DNA of 55,323 bases from an uncultured Lachnospiraceae bacterium (GTDB taxonomy: Bacteria > Bacillota > Clostridia > Oscillospirales > CAG-272), in NCBI GenBank assembly GCA_964413365.1, contig CAYPRM010000001.1:333-55655 (forward strand), written 5' to 3'. The notes beneath the pieces were generated by a model. It was given only the letters and a program-made list of their open reading frames with translations, did no database searches and was not told where the DNA came from. Shown one piece after another: positions 1-8,962 of this stretch; position 1 is the stretch's first letter; each line of letters opens with the position of its first letter. Made by a program: the position numbers and the translations under genes.

Positions 1-215
1 GTTCCGACGAAAAGGATCGTGCCACCGTCAGCGGCAAGGTCGCGAACGAACATATAAGCTTCCTCGAACTTCTTTACTGTCTTCTGGAGATCGATAATGT
101 AGATACCGTTTCTCTCAGTGAAGATGTACTCGCTCATCTTGGGGTTCCATCTTCTGGTGTGGTGTCCGAAATGGACGCCTGCTTCAAGCAACTGCTTGAT
201 CGAAATAATTGACAT
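1..215 (-). CDS. rpsB: 30S ribosomal protein S2 (5' part, runs off window start)
   Basis: Manual translation from ATG at 215: [46 protein letters not shown]..., the S2 signature; AGGAGG RBS upstream; absent from the ORF track because it is truncated. Confidence 0.97.
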   Translation of the reverse strand, partial: MSIISIKQLLEAGVHFGHHTRRWNPKMSEYIFTERNGIYIIDLQKTVKKFEEAYMFVRDLAADGGTILFVG

Positions 216-224
216 TTTTCATGT

Positions 225-315
225 CCTCCTTCGGTTTTTCCACCACAGAGGCTCAATAATCGCAATCGCCGTGCGGCGACACCGGCATTATTCGGTGCAT
301 CTGTGTGTGTATTTT
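225..315 (-). promoter_or_regulatory. rpsB 5' leader, probable S2 autoregulatory RNA element
   Basis: Minus strand ACACAC...GCCGGTGTC...GTGGTGGAAAAACC then the RBS; same layout as Firmicute rpsB leaders as I recall them. Confidence 0.6.
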
Positions 316-348
316 TGTATTTTGTGCGGTTTTCGCACAATCGTTTAG

Positions 349-377
349 ATTATATCATAAGACTTATATTTTTTCAA
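349..377 (-). promoter_or_regulatory. sigma-A promoter for rpsB
   Basis: TTGAAA-17-TATAAT with TG extended -10. Confidence 0.75.
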
Positions 378-410
378 TATGCAAATCAAAAGTTTACAAA
401 TTATTAACAA

Positions 411-710
411 TTATTCAAGCCCCAAAAACCCTCCCTTCTTCCTTTTGCAGAACGAATTCAGCTCCTGAGAGGAAAAATTGACGAGCACGGTATCCTCGCC
501 GATGCAATTCACCTTGCACCACGGTATGACTGCACGCTCTGTATTTCCAAGCCCGAGAAATCCCCCTCCCCTCTCAAGCACCAGCCCCGTTATCTGGCAG
601 CTGCAGCGGTCAAATTCAAAATCGCACGCATATCCGAGGCGTGCACCGTTGCAAAGATTGATTATCTCCTTTTTTCTTAAGTCTGCTGTACTGATTATGT
701 CCATTCCCAC
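411..710 (-). CDS. ylmC: YlmC/YmxH family sporulation protein (PRC barrel)
   Basis: DLRKKEIINLCNGARLG...IPWCKVNCIGEDTVLV motif; AAGGAG RBS. Confidence 0.88.
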   Translation of the reverse strand: MGMDIISTADLRKKEIINLCNGARLGYACDFEFDRCSCQITGLVLERGGGFLGLGNTERAVIPWCKVNCIGEDTVLVNFSSQELNSFCKRKKGGFLGLE

Positions 711-727
711 ACAATTCTCCTTTACAT

Positions 728-760
728 AAAAATTTTGACACCGACAGCCGTCGGTGTCAA
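728..760 (-). terminator. hairpin/intrinsic terminator after spoIIIAH
   Basis: TTTGACACCGAC-ggct-GTCGGTGTCAAA followed by a T-run on the minus strand. Confidence 0.65.
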
Positions 761-770
761 ATGAATGATA

Positions 771-1379
771 TCAGCTTTTCTCTATGTATTTGATGTTTAC
801 GGGCTTTATTCCCGTCTGCTCAAATACGATCTCGTTGATCTGCGAGAGCTGATTTGGCATAAGCCCCTTACTCATTACGACTATGGTGCACATACCGTCG
901 TTGATTATCGCAACGCATTGTTCAAAGCCCTTTGCCATGACCATTGCCTCGATATTCGCCTCCGCCTCAATGTTGGCGGCTATGGTGGCGATATCCTCGA
1001 GAGCCTGAGTTCTCTCCGTGCTGTCCGTATCGGCGGAGTCGACGACGTTCTGCAGGACTGCGAGCGCCTCATCCCTTGCTCTGTCGCGGCTGACCTGAGT
1101 CGACGTGAAGTAGGCGAGCACCTCGCTGCTTCCTGTGTCCGTATCCGCCACATCTCCGCCCGTCGTCCCTGCACCTGCACCGTAATCGTAGCCGTCGCCT
1201 GCGGTATTACTGAAGAGCACCCAGTTCAGGCAGACCGCCGCACCGATAAGGAGCACTGCGCCGATGATTATCAGATTTCTCTTTCCTAACCTTGCAAAGA
1301 AGGCTCTCACCTTATCCATCACACTTTCCTCAGAGACCTCAAAATCCTCTGGAAGTTCGTACTTTTCTTCTGTATCCAT
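771..1379 (-). CDS. spoIIIAH: stage III sporulation protein AH-like
   Basis: One TM (IGAAVCLNW), YF...RDRARDE...L, EANIEAMVMAKGFEQCV; last gene of the spoIIIA operon. Confidence 0.9.
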   Translation of the reverse strand: MDTEEKYELPEDFEVSEESVMDKVRAFFARLGKRNLIIIGAVLLIGAAVCLNWVLFSNTAGDGYDYGAGAGTTGGDVADTDTGSSEVLAYFTSTQVSRDRARDEALAVLQNVVDSADTDSTERTQALEDIATIAANIEAEANIEAMVMAKGFEQCVAIINDGMCTIVVMSKGLMPNQLSQINEIVFEQTGIKPVNIKYIEKS

Positions 1380-1449
1380 GTTAATTCCTCCTGAATTCGT
1401 AGTACACTACATAATATTTTGCACAAATACGCTTTAGAACGCATAGGCG

Positions 1450-2004
1450 TTATTTTTTTCCCTCGGCGACGAAAATTTTGTTCTTCGGCACGCCGTATGC
1501 CGAGGATATTAGATTTATTATGGCGCTCTGAACCGTCGGATCTCCCCCACCGCTGCATACCACAGCAATACCGCAGATGCTCGGCATCCTCTCGACGATG
1601 CAGACGAGCTTTTCGTTATTCCCCGAACCGACAGTAACATATTTTCTCTCCTCGTTGCGTCCGCTCGAGGTCTCCTTGCTCTCCTCGTTATAGGCATAAA
1701 CGGTCTCAAAGCCCGACTCGAAGTAAACATTGACGCTGACAGAGCCTACGCCGCGAACCTTTGAGCAGAGAGCGGCGATACGCTCCTCGACCTCCCTGCC
1801 GTATTTCTCAAGCCTCTCCTCACTTCCCTGTGTGGCGTTTTCCGATTCGTCCGAGCTCGGCAGAAGTATAAGCAGAACTCCGAGAGCGAGCAAGATGAGA
1901 ATGAGAAGCAGGCTCTTATTTTTCCTTATGTGATCGAGGAAATTTATCCTCTCCGTGGGTGCGCGCGCTGTGGGACGGGTGGTTTTTCTTGTGGTGGTAT
2001 CCAT
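1450..2004 (-). CDS. spoIIIAG: stage III sporulation protein AG
   Basis: N-terminal TM, SKVRGVGSVSVNV, P-ICGIAVVCSGGGDP...AYGVPKNKIFV; operon position. Confidence 0.85.
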   Translation of the reverse strand: MDTTTRKTTRPTARAPTERINFLDHIRKNKSLLLILILLALGVLLILLPSSDESENATQGSEERLEKYGREVEERIAALCSKVRGVGSVSVNVYFESGFETVYAYNEESKETSSGRNEERKYVTVGSGNNEKLVCIVERMPSICGIAVVCSGGGDPTVQSAIINLISSAYGVPKNKIFVAEGKK

Positions 2005-2017
2005 TTTTTCTCCTTTC

Positions 2018-2047
2018 GTATATATGCTTTCTATCCGCTCCTTATGA
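2018..2047 (-). promoter_or_regulatory. internal sigma-E-type promoter upstream of spoIIIAG
   Basis: TCATAAG-14-CATATATA on the minus strand, overlapping the spoIIIAF 3' end. Confidence 0.6.
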
Positions 2048-2528
2048 GCACCTCACATTTGCACGAGAGCAGACCTCCGATGTGCTCCTCGATATCGTAG
2101 GGATTTCTGAAGATGGAGTCCCCACTGAGAAGTATCTGAACATACGATGCACGCACTCCGCTGTCGGTCATCTGCGTGTCGATGCGTATCTCACATTCCT
2201 GCCTTGGGATCGAGAACTGCCGCTCGAGTATCTCATATAGCTCGTCGCGTGCAAGACTCAGCGAGTAGTCGTTGAGGTATTTATTGAGTCTGTCACGGTA
2301 CTCCTCGGTAAGGTCATTCCTACTTCCTATCTCATCTCGTAAATCCTCGAGTACGCCGCCCTGAATGTCCCCGAGTAGGTCGGAGAGGGGCGAGATGGCG
2401 ATGCAGAGCAATATCACAAGCCCTATCGCTCGAATGTATTTTCCGAGTCTCTCCGAGCTTGGAGCAAGTGCCTCGATCACTCCCATAAGGGCAGAGACGG
2501 CTATCATTGACGAAAAATATTCCTTCAT
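2031..2528 (-). CDS. spoIIIAF: stage III sporulation protein AF
   Basis: Two N-terminal TMs (IEALAPS...KYIRAIGLVILLCIAISPL); lies between AE and AG. Confidence 0.8.
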   Translation of the reverse strand: MKEYFSSMIAVSALMGVIEALAPSSERLGKYIRAIGLVILLCIAISPLSDLLGDIQGGVLEDLRDEIGSRNDLTEEYRDRLNKYLNDYSLSLARDELYEILERQFSIPRQECEIRIDTQMTDSGVRASYVQILLSGDSIFRNPYDIEEHIGGLLSCKCEVLIRSG

Positions 2529-2540
2529 TTTTCAAGCCTC

Positions 2541-3689
2541 CTAACCGAGCGCAGAGCCGCATTTTGCAAAGACCGTTATAAGCAGGAGCACGACCACGGA
2601 GCAGATGCAGAGTACTGCTATTATGTATCCGTAGATACCCGAGATATCCTCAAGCAGTCTCGCCTCACGCTCACAACCGAGCGCGCCAGCGGCGGAATTT
2701 GCAAGTGAGAAGCAGAGCCTGTATAGAAATAGCGAGATCAAGGTTGGCAGTATCATAAGCCCGAGCGCGGCTATAAGTATGACTCCGACATTGCTGCGCA
2801 GGTATTCTATGCTCGCCCCTGCAGTACGCAGGGATTCTCCGACACTCCCACCGACGAGCGGTATCATCTGCGACGCAAGGAGCTTTACAGTCTTGGTGCT
2901 GAGCGTATCCGCCTTTGTGGAGAGGAGCGTTTGTGCGGAGATGACCGTTGTGAAAAGGAGCATCAGAAACCCTATGACGGATGCAAATGCCCTTCTTATG
3001 CCTCGGTTGAGGTGGAAAAGGTCATTCCCCGAGCCAAAGGCGGCTGAGATACTGAGTGCCAAGCAGATCCCGACCACGGTACGCAGAGCCGTTATGCAGA
3101 CGCCGTTGAGAATGGACAGAAAGACTATAAGACCGTAGTGCTGAACCGTGGCGGTAGCGATGTTCCCTCCCATAGCGTACATGGCTGTAAGGCAGGGGGA
3201 CATACTGTTGACCGCAAGCTCGATATTGTCAAGCAGTCGGAGCGCACCGTCTATTGGCTCGCGTGATAGCTCCATCACGGCAAGCGCGACGACGCCCGTG
3301 CCGAGAGTGGATAGCAGACGGGATAGTGCTGTATTCGATGAGGTGGTCTTGAGCATATTAAGAAGCGCACAGAGTGCAATAATGGCGCATAGCTCGGCAA
3401 ATACCCTCACGACACGGCGGATATTCAGTCCGAGAATATCAAGCACCGTATCTATCACATTCTCCCATGAGCTGACCGCCTGCGCACCCTCGACAAGATC
3501 ACCGAGCTCGTCCGAAAATATCTCATCGGGAAGCGAGTCCGTCGCATCATCGGGCAAGGAATCCATCATATCGCCGTATTCGCCGGGAAGCTCGTCCTCG
3601 GCACTTACCGTCAGAGTGGGTATTAATACGAGAAGCACAGCGACGAGGAGTGCGAGGATCATATTCGGTTTTTTTGACGTTTTTACCAT
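2541..3689 (-). CDS. spoIIIAE: stage III sporulation protein AE
   Basis: Polytopic membrane protein with IPLVGGSVGESL...YLRSNVG motif. Confidence 0.88.
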   Translation of the reverse strand: MVKTSKKPNMILALLVAVLLVLIPTLTVSAEDELPGEYGDMMDSLPDDATDSLPDEIFSDELGDLVEGAQAVSSWENVIDTVLDILGLNIRRVVRVFAELCAIIALCALLNMLKTTSSNTALSRLLSTLGTGVVALAVMELSREPIDGALRLLDNIELAVNSMSPCLTAMYAMGGNIATATVQHYGLIVFLSILNGVCITALRTVVGICLALSISAAFGSGNDLFHLNRGIRRAFASVIGFLMLLFTTVISAQTLLSTKADTLSTKTVKLLASQMIPLVGGSVGESLRTAGASIEYLRSNVGVILIAALGLMILPTLISLFLYRLCFSLANSAAGALGCEREARLLEDISGIYGYIIAVLCICSVVVLLLITVFAKCGSALG

Positions 3690-4072
3690 TGCAAAAGCTC
3701 CTCCGAGATCGCGAGCACTCGCTCGAGCAGGGGGATGGTAAGGGCGACAAGCTCTAATTTTCCGACTGTTTCAATGCCGAGGGCGATATTTCCCTCTCCG
3801 CAGTCACGGCACAGCTCGCCCGATATCTCCGTGAGGTAGCCGATACAAAGTGCCTTGACGATAATGCCTACATATTCCGCGGAAATGCGCTCGGCGAGAG
3901 TCTGGGTGAGAAATTCTATTATCGGACTTACGAGTAGGATCGAGAGCGTGAGGATCATTACTATTCCCGCAAGCCTTGTGGGCACGAGAAATTCGGCGCT
4001 GTAATTTCTCACGATAACGCATATCACCGCGCACATCACGCCGATCGCGCTGACCTTGACGACCTCACTCAC
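3683..4072 (-). CDS. spoIIIAD: stage III sporulation protein AD
   Basis: KALCIGYLTEISGELCRDCGEGNIA...VGKL motif. Confidence 0.92.
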   Translation of the reverse strand: MSEVVKVSAIGVMCAVICVIVRNYSAEFLVPTRLAGIVMILTLSILLVSPIIEFLTQTLAERISAEYVGIIVKALCIGYLTEISGELCRDCGEGNIALGIETVGKLELVALTIPLLERVLAISEELLQW

Positions 4073-4263
4073 AGCTCAAAAACATCCCGTATGCGCTCAA
4101 ACAGATCTCCCATCTCGCCGACGAGCATAAAGAAAACGACGATCACCCCTGCAATTATGAGCATCATTCCCTGCTCGTCCCTCCCCGATTTGTTGAGTAT
4201 CTGTGCTGAGACGGAGACGAGAAATCCCACCCCTGCGACCTTCAGAATAAGTCCTATATCCAT
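4069..4263 (-). CDS. spoIIIAC: stage III sporulation protein AC
   Basis: MDIGLILKVAGVGFLVSV...ILNKSGRDEQ, typical 64-aa SpoIIIAC. Confidence 0.95.
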   Translation of the reverse strand: MDIGLILKVAGVGFLVSVSAQILNKSGRDEQGMMLIIAGVIVVFFMLVGEMGDLFERIRDVFEL

Positions 4264-4276
4264 ATTATCCTTCCTC

Positions 4277-4774
4277 TCATATAAGCATCAGAACGAGTGA
4301 GAGCGACGCGCTGACAAGGATCGTCAGACGCAGGCGTGCCTCCCCTCTCTGCTTTTCCTTAAGCTTTTTATATTCCTCTCTGAGCTCTGCAATATATCGC
4401 TCGCAGGAGCGCACCTGTTCTTCGCTGTATGACGCTCCAAACTCCCGCAAAAAGCGTTCGAGAGACTCGCAAAGGCACGAGCCGCCGTATATCATATCGG
4501 GAGCAAGAAGTGCGCCTCCAACGCAGTTTGCGTTCCTCTGCGCGTCCACATCTATTCCGCAACGGCGAAGGAGCGCAGGATCTGCCCCCGCCACTATTCT
4601 GTCAATTGGCTGAAGGTAACATTCTATCTGATTTTTGACGTATCCGAGCAGGTCGATATACGCCTTGATCTGGGAAAGCCGCATTGTCTCGTACCTGTGC
4701 CCCTGCACGCATACGGTGATAGATGATGCGACGATGAGCGCACCGCCAAGTATTTTATATATGATCATTTGCAT
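4277..4774 (-). CDS. spoIIIAB: stage III sporulation protein AB
   Basis: N- and C-terminal TMs, FGASYSEEQ motif; operon position. Confidence 0.82.
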   Translation of the reverse strand: MQMIIYKILGGALIVASSITVCVQGHRYETMRLSQIKAYIDLLGYVKNQIECYLQPIDRIVAGADPALLRRCGIDVDAQRNANCVGGALLAPDMIYGGSCLCESLERFLREFGASYSEEQVRSCERYIAELREEYKKLKEKQRGEARLRLTILVSASLSLVLMLI

Positions 4775-5630
4775 CGTTCCATTCCGTTATGTTGTAGCTA
4801 AAGCCTCGCTCGCCCGAACGCGCGATCCCGACGTAATGCTGAAATATTCCGCGTCGGTGAAGCTCCTCCATTCCCCTGTGTGAGAGCATTTCGCGAAGAC
4901 TTGAGCCGTGGGCTGAGGCGATGAGGGGTATCCCTGCCCCCTGCGTCTCGATTATGGCATCCGAGTCATCGGAAGCTCCTATCTCGTCGCAGATGATAGC
5001 CTGCGCATTCATCGTTCTCACGGCTATCTCGATTCCGTCCCGTCTCGGATATCCCGATAGGATCGAAAGGAGGAGACTCTTGCCCTCAAGCCCGTAGCAG
5101 AGCTCATCCCTCGTATCGACCACCGCCACCCTCAGAGCTTGCGCACCACTCGAAAGTCCGCGTGCAAGCTCGCGAAGGAGCGTTGTTTTTCCGACTCCGG
5201 GCGGCGAATAGATTAGTAGCGAGCCTCGTCTTGCAAGGCTTAGCACCTCACCACATTCTACACGTATCGGGTGCGGAAGCCTTATGGAAAATTCATTTAT
5301 ATCGTATATTCCCGTGATACGGGAGCTCTCGACGCCTGCCCTGCCCACGACACCTACTCTAATTCCGCTATTGAGAGGTATATACCCCCTCACGATGCTA
5401 TCCCTGTATGCATAGAGAGAGCCTCGGCAGACGGTATTGAGTATCTGATCCATCTCGTCATCACTTGCTATGATGCTTATAAACACGCTCCTGCCCGAGG
5501 CTACGATGTAGGCTTGTCTACCACGTCTTATGCGTATCTCCTCGATATCCTCCGCTCGCACGTTGGACTCAACTACCGCCGAGCGCATCCTTCGTGGGAG
5601 TATTTCCGCGATCCTGTCCATTTCGTTCAA
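4755..5630 (-). CDS. spoIIIAA: stage III sporulation protein AA (ATPase)
   Basis: EEIRIRRG, GIRVGVVG, Walker A SPPGVGKTT, DEIG, ASAHG. Confidence 0.93.
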   Translation of the reverse strand: MNEMDRIAEILPRRMRSAVVESNVRAEDIEEIRIRRGRQAYIVASGRSVFISIIASDDEMDQILNTVCRGSLYAYRDSIVRGYIPLNSGIRVGVVGRAGVESSRITGIYDINEFSIRLPHPIRVECGEVLSLARRGSLLIYSPPGVGKTTLLRELARGLSSGAQALRVAVVDTRDELCYGLEGKSLLLSILSGYPRRDGIEIAVRTMNAQAIICDEIGASDDSDAIIETQGAGIPLIASAHGSSLREMLSHRGMEELHRRGIFQHYVGIARSGERGFSYNITEWNDANDHI

Positions 5631-5649
5631 CTCTCCGCCCTCCTGATAA

Positions 5650-5678
5650 TATATATGTGCGAAATGTTTGAAATATTA
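5650..5678 (-). promoter_or_regulatory. sigma-E-type promoter of the spoIIIA operon
   Basis: taATAttt...CATATATA with 16 nt between ATA and CATA; spoIIIA is sigma-E controlled in model spore formers. Confidence 0.65.
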
Positions 5679-5701
5679 CACAAAAATTCACAGATATGCT
5701 A

Positions 5702-5730
5702 TTGAATTTTTATTAATAATGTGGTATAAT
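5702..5730 (+). promoter_or_regulatory. sigma-A promoter for glpK
   Basis: TTGAAT-17-TATAAT with TG extension. Confidence 0.75.
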
Positions 5731-5762
5731 TATTTAATAATATAATTGATCGGGGGTACGGT

Positions 5763-7244
5763 ATGAAAAAATACGTCCTTGCGCTGGATGAGGGCACGAC
5801 GAGTGCGCGCAGTATACTCTTTGACCGCGAATGTAACATAGTTTCCTCATCTCAGCACGAATTCACACAATATTATCCCTCCCCAGGATGGGTGGAGCAG
5901 GATCCTATGGAGATCTACGCTAATCAGTACGCAACGCTCACAGAATGTGTTGCAAAGAGCGGTATATCGCCCGAGGAGATCGCAGGGATCGGTATCACCA
6001 ATCAGAGAGAGACGACTATTATATGGAACAGGACCACGGGAAAGCCCATCTACAACGCCATCGTGTGGCAATGCAGGCGCACGGCGGATATGTGTGCGGA
6101 GCTTGAGGCTCGGGGGCTTGGCGATTACATAAGGCGTGTAACGGGGCTTCGTATAGATGCCTACTTCAGCGCGACCAAGATAAAATGGATACTCGATAAC
6201 GTTGAGGGTGCGAGAGGCCTTGCCGCACGGGGGGAGCTTCTGTTCGGCACGGTGGACACATGGCTTATATGGAAGCTCACGGACGGTCGCATACACGTTA
6301 CCGACAGAACGAACGCCTCACGCACGATGCTCTATGATATCGAGCGCGGCACTTGGGATGAGGAGCTTCTTCGTATATTTGATATTCCTGCTACTATGAT
6401 GCCGAGGATCTGCTCGAGCAGCGAGGTGTACGGATATGTCGACATAATGGGCGCATCCGTCCCCATCTGCGGAATTGCAGGCGACCAGCAGGCGGCACTC
6501 TTCGGACAATGCTGCTTTGAGGAGGGCGAGGCAAAGAACACCTACGGCACGGGCTGTTTCCTGCTCGCACACACGGGAAATCGCAGGATCAACTCCACTC
6601 ACGGACTCGTAACCACGGTCGCGGCGACGGAGCAAGGCAGACCTACCGAATATGCTCTCGAGGGCTCGGTGTTTGTCGGCGGTGCGGTGATACAATGGCT
6701 CAGAGATGAGCTTAGAGTTATAAATGAATCTCGCGACAGCGAATATTTCGCACGCAAGGTCAAGGACAACGGCGGCGTTTATCTTGTGCCTGCTTTTGCA
6801 GGGCTCGGTGCACCCTATTGGGATATGCGCGCAAGGGGCGTTATCGTCGGGCTTACACGCGGCTCGAATGTCTATCACATCATTCGCGCGGCACTCGAGG
6901 CTATCGCCTATCAGTCAAACGACGTTATAAGGTCGATGCAGGAGGACACGGGAAGGCACATTTCCTCCCTCAAGGTCGACGGTGGAGCGTCCGCTAACGA
7001 TTTTCTGATGCAGTTCCAAAGCGATATTTCCAATATCGAGGTCATTCGCCCTACTCTTACTGAGGCAACGGCGCAGGGCGCGGCGTTCCTTGCAGGGCTT
7101 GCGGTCGGATTCTTCAAGGACAGGAGCGAGCTCGTATCCATCGTTACGCAGAGCACATCATTTGTACCCAAAATAGATGAAAATAAAAGAAGCGAGCTTT
7201 TGCAGGGCTGGAAGGATGCTATATCTGCCTGCAGTACTCACTAA
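5763..7244 (+). CDS. glpK: glycerol kinase
   Basis: [56 protein letters not shown]. Confidence 0.97.
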   Translation: MKKYVLALDEGTTSARSILFDRECNIVSSSQHEFTQYYPSPGWVEQDPMEIYANQYATLTECVAKSGISPEEIAGIGITNQRETTIIWNRTTGKPIYNAIVWQCRRTADMCAELEARGLGDYIRRVTGLRIDAYFSATKIKWILDNVEGARGLAARGELLFGTVDTWLIWKLTDGRIHVTDRTNASRTMLYDIERGTWDEELLRIFDIPATMMPRICSSSEVYGYVDIMGASVPICGIAGDQQAALFGQCCFEEGEAKNTYGTGCFLLAHTGNRRINSTHGLVTTVAATEQGRPTEYALEGSVFVGGAVIQWLRDELRVINESRDSEYFARKVKDNGGVYLVPAFAGLGAPYWDMRARGVIVGLTRGSNVYHIIRAALEAIAYQSNDVIRSMQEDTGRHISSLKVDGGASANDFLMQFQSDISNIEVIRPTLTEATAQGAAFLAGLAVGFFKDRSELVSIVTQSTSFVPKIDENKRSELLQGWKDAISACSTH

Positions 7245-7253
7245 GGAGGCATT

Positions 7254-8171
7254 ATGGAATACAAGGTCATAGAAAAAAAGGTATTATCCTGTAACGGAAA
7301 GAACCTTCTTGCAGGAGTAGTCTATCTGCCGCAGGGTGAGGTGCGTGGATATGTTCATGTTGTGCACGGCATGACTGATCACATATCAAGATATGAAGAG
7401 CTCTTTGGCACGCTTGCCTCTCTCGGCTATATCACATTCGGCTACGATCATCTCGGACACGGCTACACAGCACGTGATGACAGCGAGCTTGGATTTATTG
7501 CAAGCAGTGGTGGGCACGAGCTGCTTATTCGCGATGTAAAGACCTTCTCGGATTCCGTTATCGAGGAATACGGTGCGCATCCATACTATCTCCTCGGACA
7601 CAGCATGGGCTCGTTCATCGTAAGGCTTGCAGTGCAGAAATACATTACCCCCGAAAAGCTCATAGTTATGGGCACAGGAGGTCCTAATCCCGTTGCGGGT
7701 GTGGGGCTTCTGCTCTGCGATATCGTAAGGATATTCAAGGGCGAGAGATACATCTCCACGATGATAGAAAATACTGCATTCAGCACATACAACAGCCATT
7801 TTACACCCGAGGAGGGACAGTATGCTTGGCTGACGAGGATCGAGAAAAACCGTGCTAAATATGCGGCGGATAGATTCTGCACCTTCAAGTTCACGGTCTC
7901 CGCCATGCATGATCTTATCACACTTAACAAGTCCTGCAACGCCTCGGGCTGGTATCGTGCCATGGGACAGAAAAAGGTGCCGACGCTTCTTGTATCGGGC
8001 GATTCCGATCCCGTGGGAGATTACGGTAAGGGCGTAAGCACGGTCTATGAGCGACTTACGAAGGCAGGCGTGCCCACGACTCTCAAGCTCTACCCCGACG
8101 CAAGGCACGAGATACTCAACGACCTCTGCGCTGACGAGGTTATTGCTGACATTGTGGAATTCCTCAAATAA
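7254..8171 (+). CDS. alpha/beta hydrolase, lysophospholipase/monoglyceride lipase family
   Basis: HGMTDH, DHLGHG, nucleophile GHSMG, DPV, RHEILN. Confidence 0.88.
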   Translation: MEYKVIEKKVLSCNGKNLLAGVVYLPQGEVRGYVHVVHGMTDHISRYEELFGTLASLGYITFGYDHLGHGYTARDDSELGFIASSGGHELLIRDVKTFSDSVIEEYGAHPYYLLGHSMGSFIVRLAVQKYITPEKLIVMGTGGPNPVAGVGLLLCDIVRIFKGERYISTMIENTAFSTYNSHFTPEEGQYAWLTRIEKNRAKYAADRFCTFKFTVSAMHDLITLNKSCNASGWYRAMGQKKVPTLLVSGDSDPVGDYGKGVSTVYERLTKAGVPTTLKLYPDARHEILNDLCADEVIADIVEFLK

Positions 8172-8177
8172 TTCATA

Positions 8178-8208
8178 AAAAAAGGTCATCATGTGATGAC
8201 CTTTTTTT
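8178..8208. terminator. bidirectional intrinsic terminator
   Basis: AAAAAAGGTCATCA-tg-TGATGACCTTTTTT between convergent genes. Confidence 0.85.
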
Positions 8209-8962
8209 ATAGTCTTTTTGCAAGCTCGAGAGCGATATAAAAATGCGTCAGACGCTCGTCAATATCCATTCCTGCAAGTATACTTCTCTCCCACGTGCTC
8301 GAATCGAGATTGTCGGCGCGGTAGGTGAAGGGGTAGAATTCGAGTCCCTCGTATTTTGCGACCGCCTGACATGCGGCGATCTCCATCTCGACGCAGATAC
8401 AGCCCTCCGCCCGTCTTGCCTCCATATTTTTCCGAGTCTCGCGGTATATCCCGTCCGTCGTCCATGTTTTTCCGACGACGTAGCTGACGCCGATGGAGTC
8501 GAAGATCTCTGCCACCTTGCGATATCCCTCTATCTCAACATAATCGGACGGCGGCAGGTAGTGGTAGCTCACGCCCTCGTCACGGTATGCGGCGCTCGGC
8601 ACGATGAGAAATGATGGCGGTATGGTGCGGTCAAGTCCGCCGCACGAGCCAAAGAGGACGAATTTTTTACAGGAGAGGATGAAGGATACCTCCTGAAGTA
8701 AGACAGCGGTAAGTGGCGCGCCGACGTCCGTTTTGATTATGCCGATGCTCGTGCCCTTGATACGATATACGGGGTACGGGTTTGCGACGCTGCATATCTG
8801 GTCGCAGATCAGCTCAAGCATTCCGTCCTCACGCAGAGCGTCCATTATTTTACATGAAAAGTTGATGATACAGACATCTATTGTGATATCGCTCTTTTTG
8901 TATACCTTATCAGGTGTGATCAGGGCTTCCCTTGTAGGATCAAAAGAATTTATTATGCTCAT
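8207..8962 (-). CDS. nucleoside phosphorylase (PNP/UDP family)
   Basis: GSCGGL, AYRDEGVSYHY, TWTTDGIYRET, CVEME. Confidence 0.9.
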   Translation of the reverse strand: MSIINSFDPTREALITPDKVYKKSDITIDVCIINFSCKIMDALREDGMLELICDQICSVANPYPVYRIKGTSIGIIKTDVGAPLTAVLLQEVSFILSCKKFVLFGSCGGLDRTIPPSFLIVPSAAYRDEGVSYHYLPPSDYVEIEGYRKVAEIFDSIGVSYVVGKTWTTDGIYRETRKNMEARRAEGCICVEMEIAACQAVAKYEGLEFYPFTYRADNLDSSTWERSILAGMDIDERLTHFYIALELAKRL

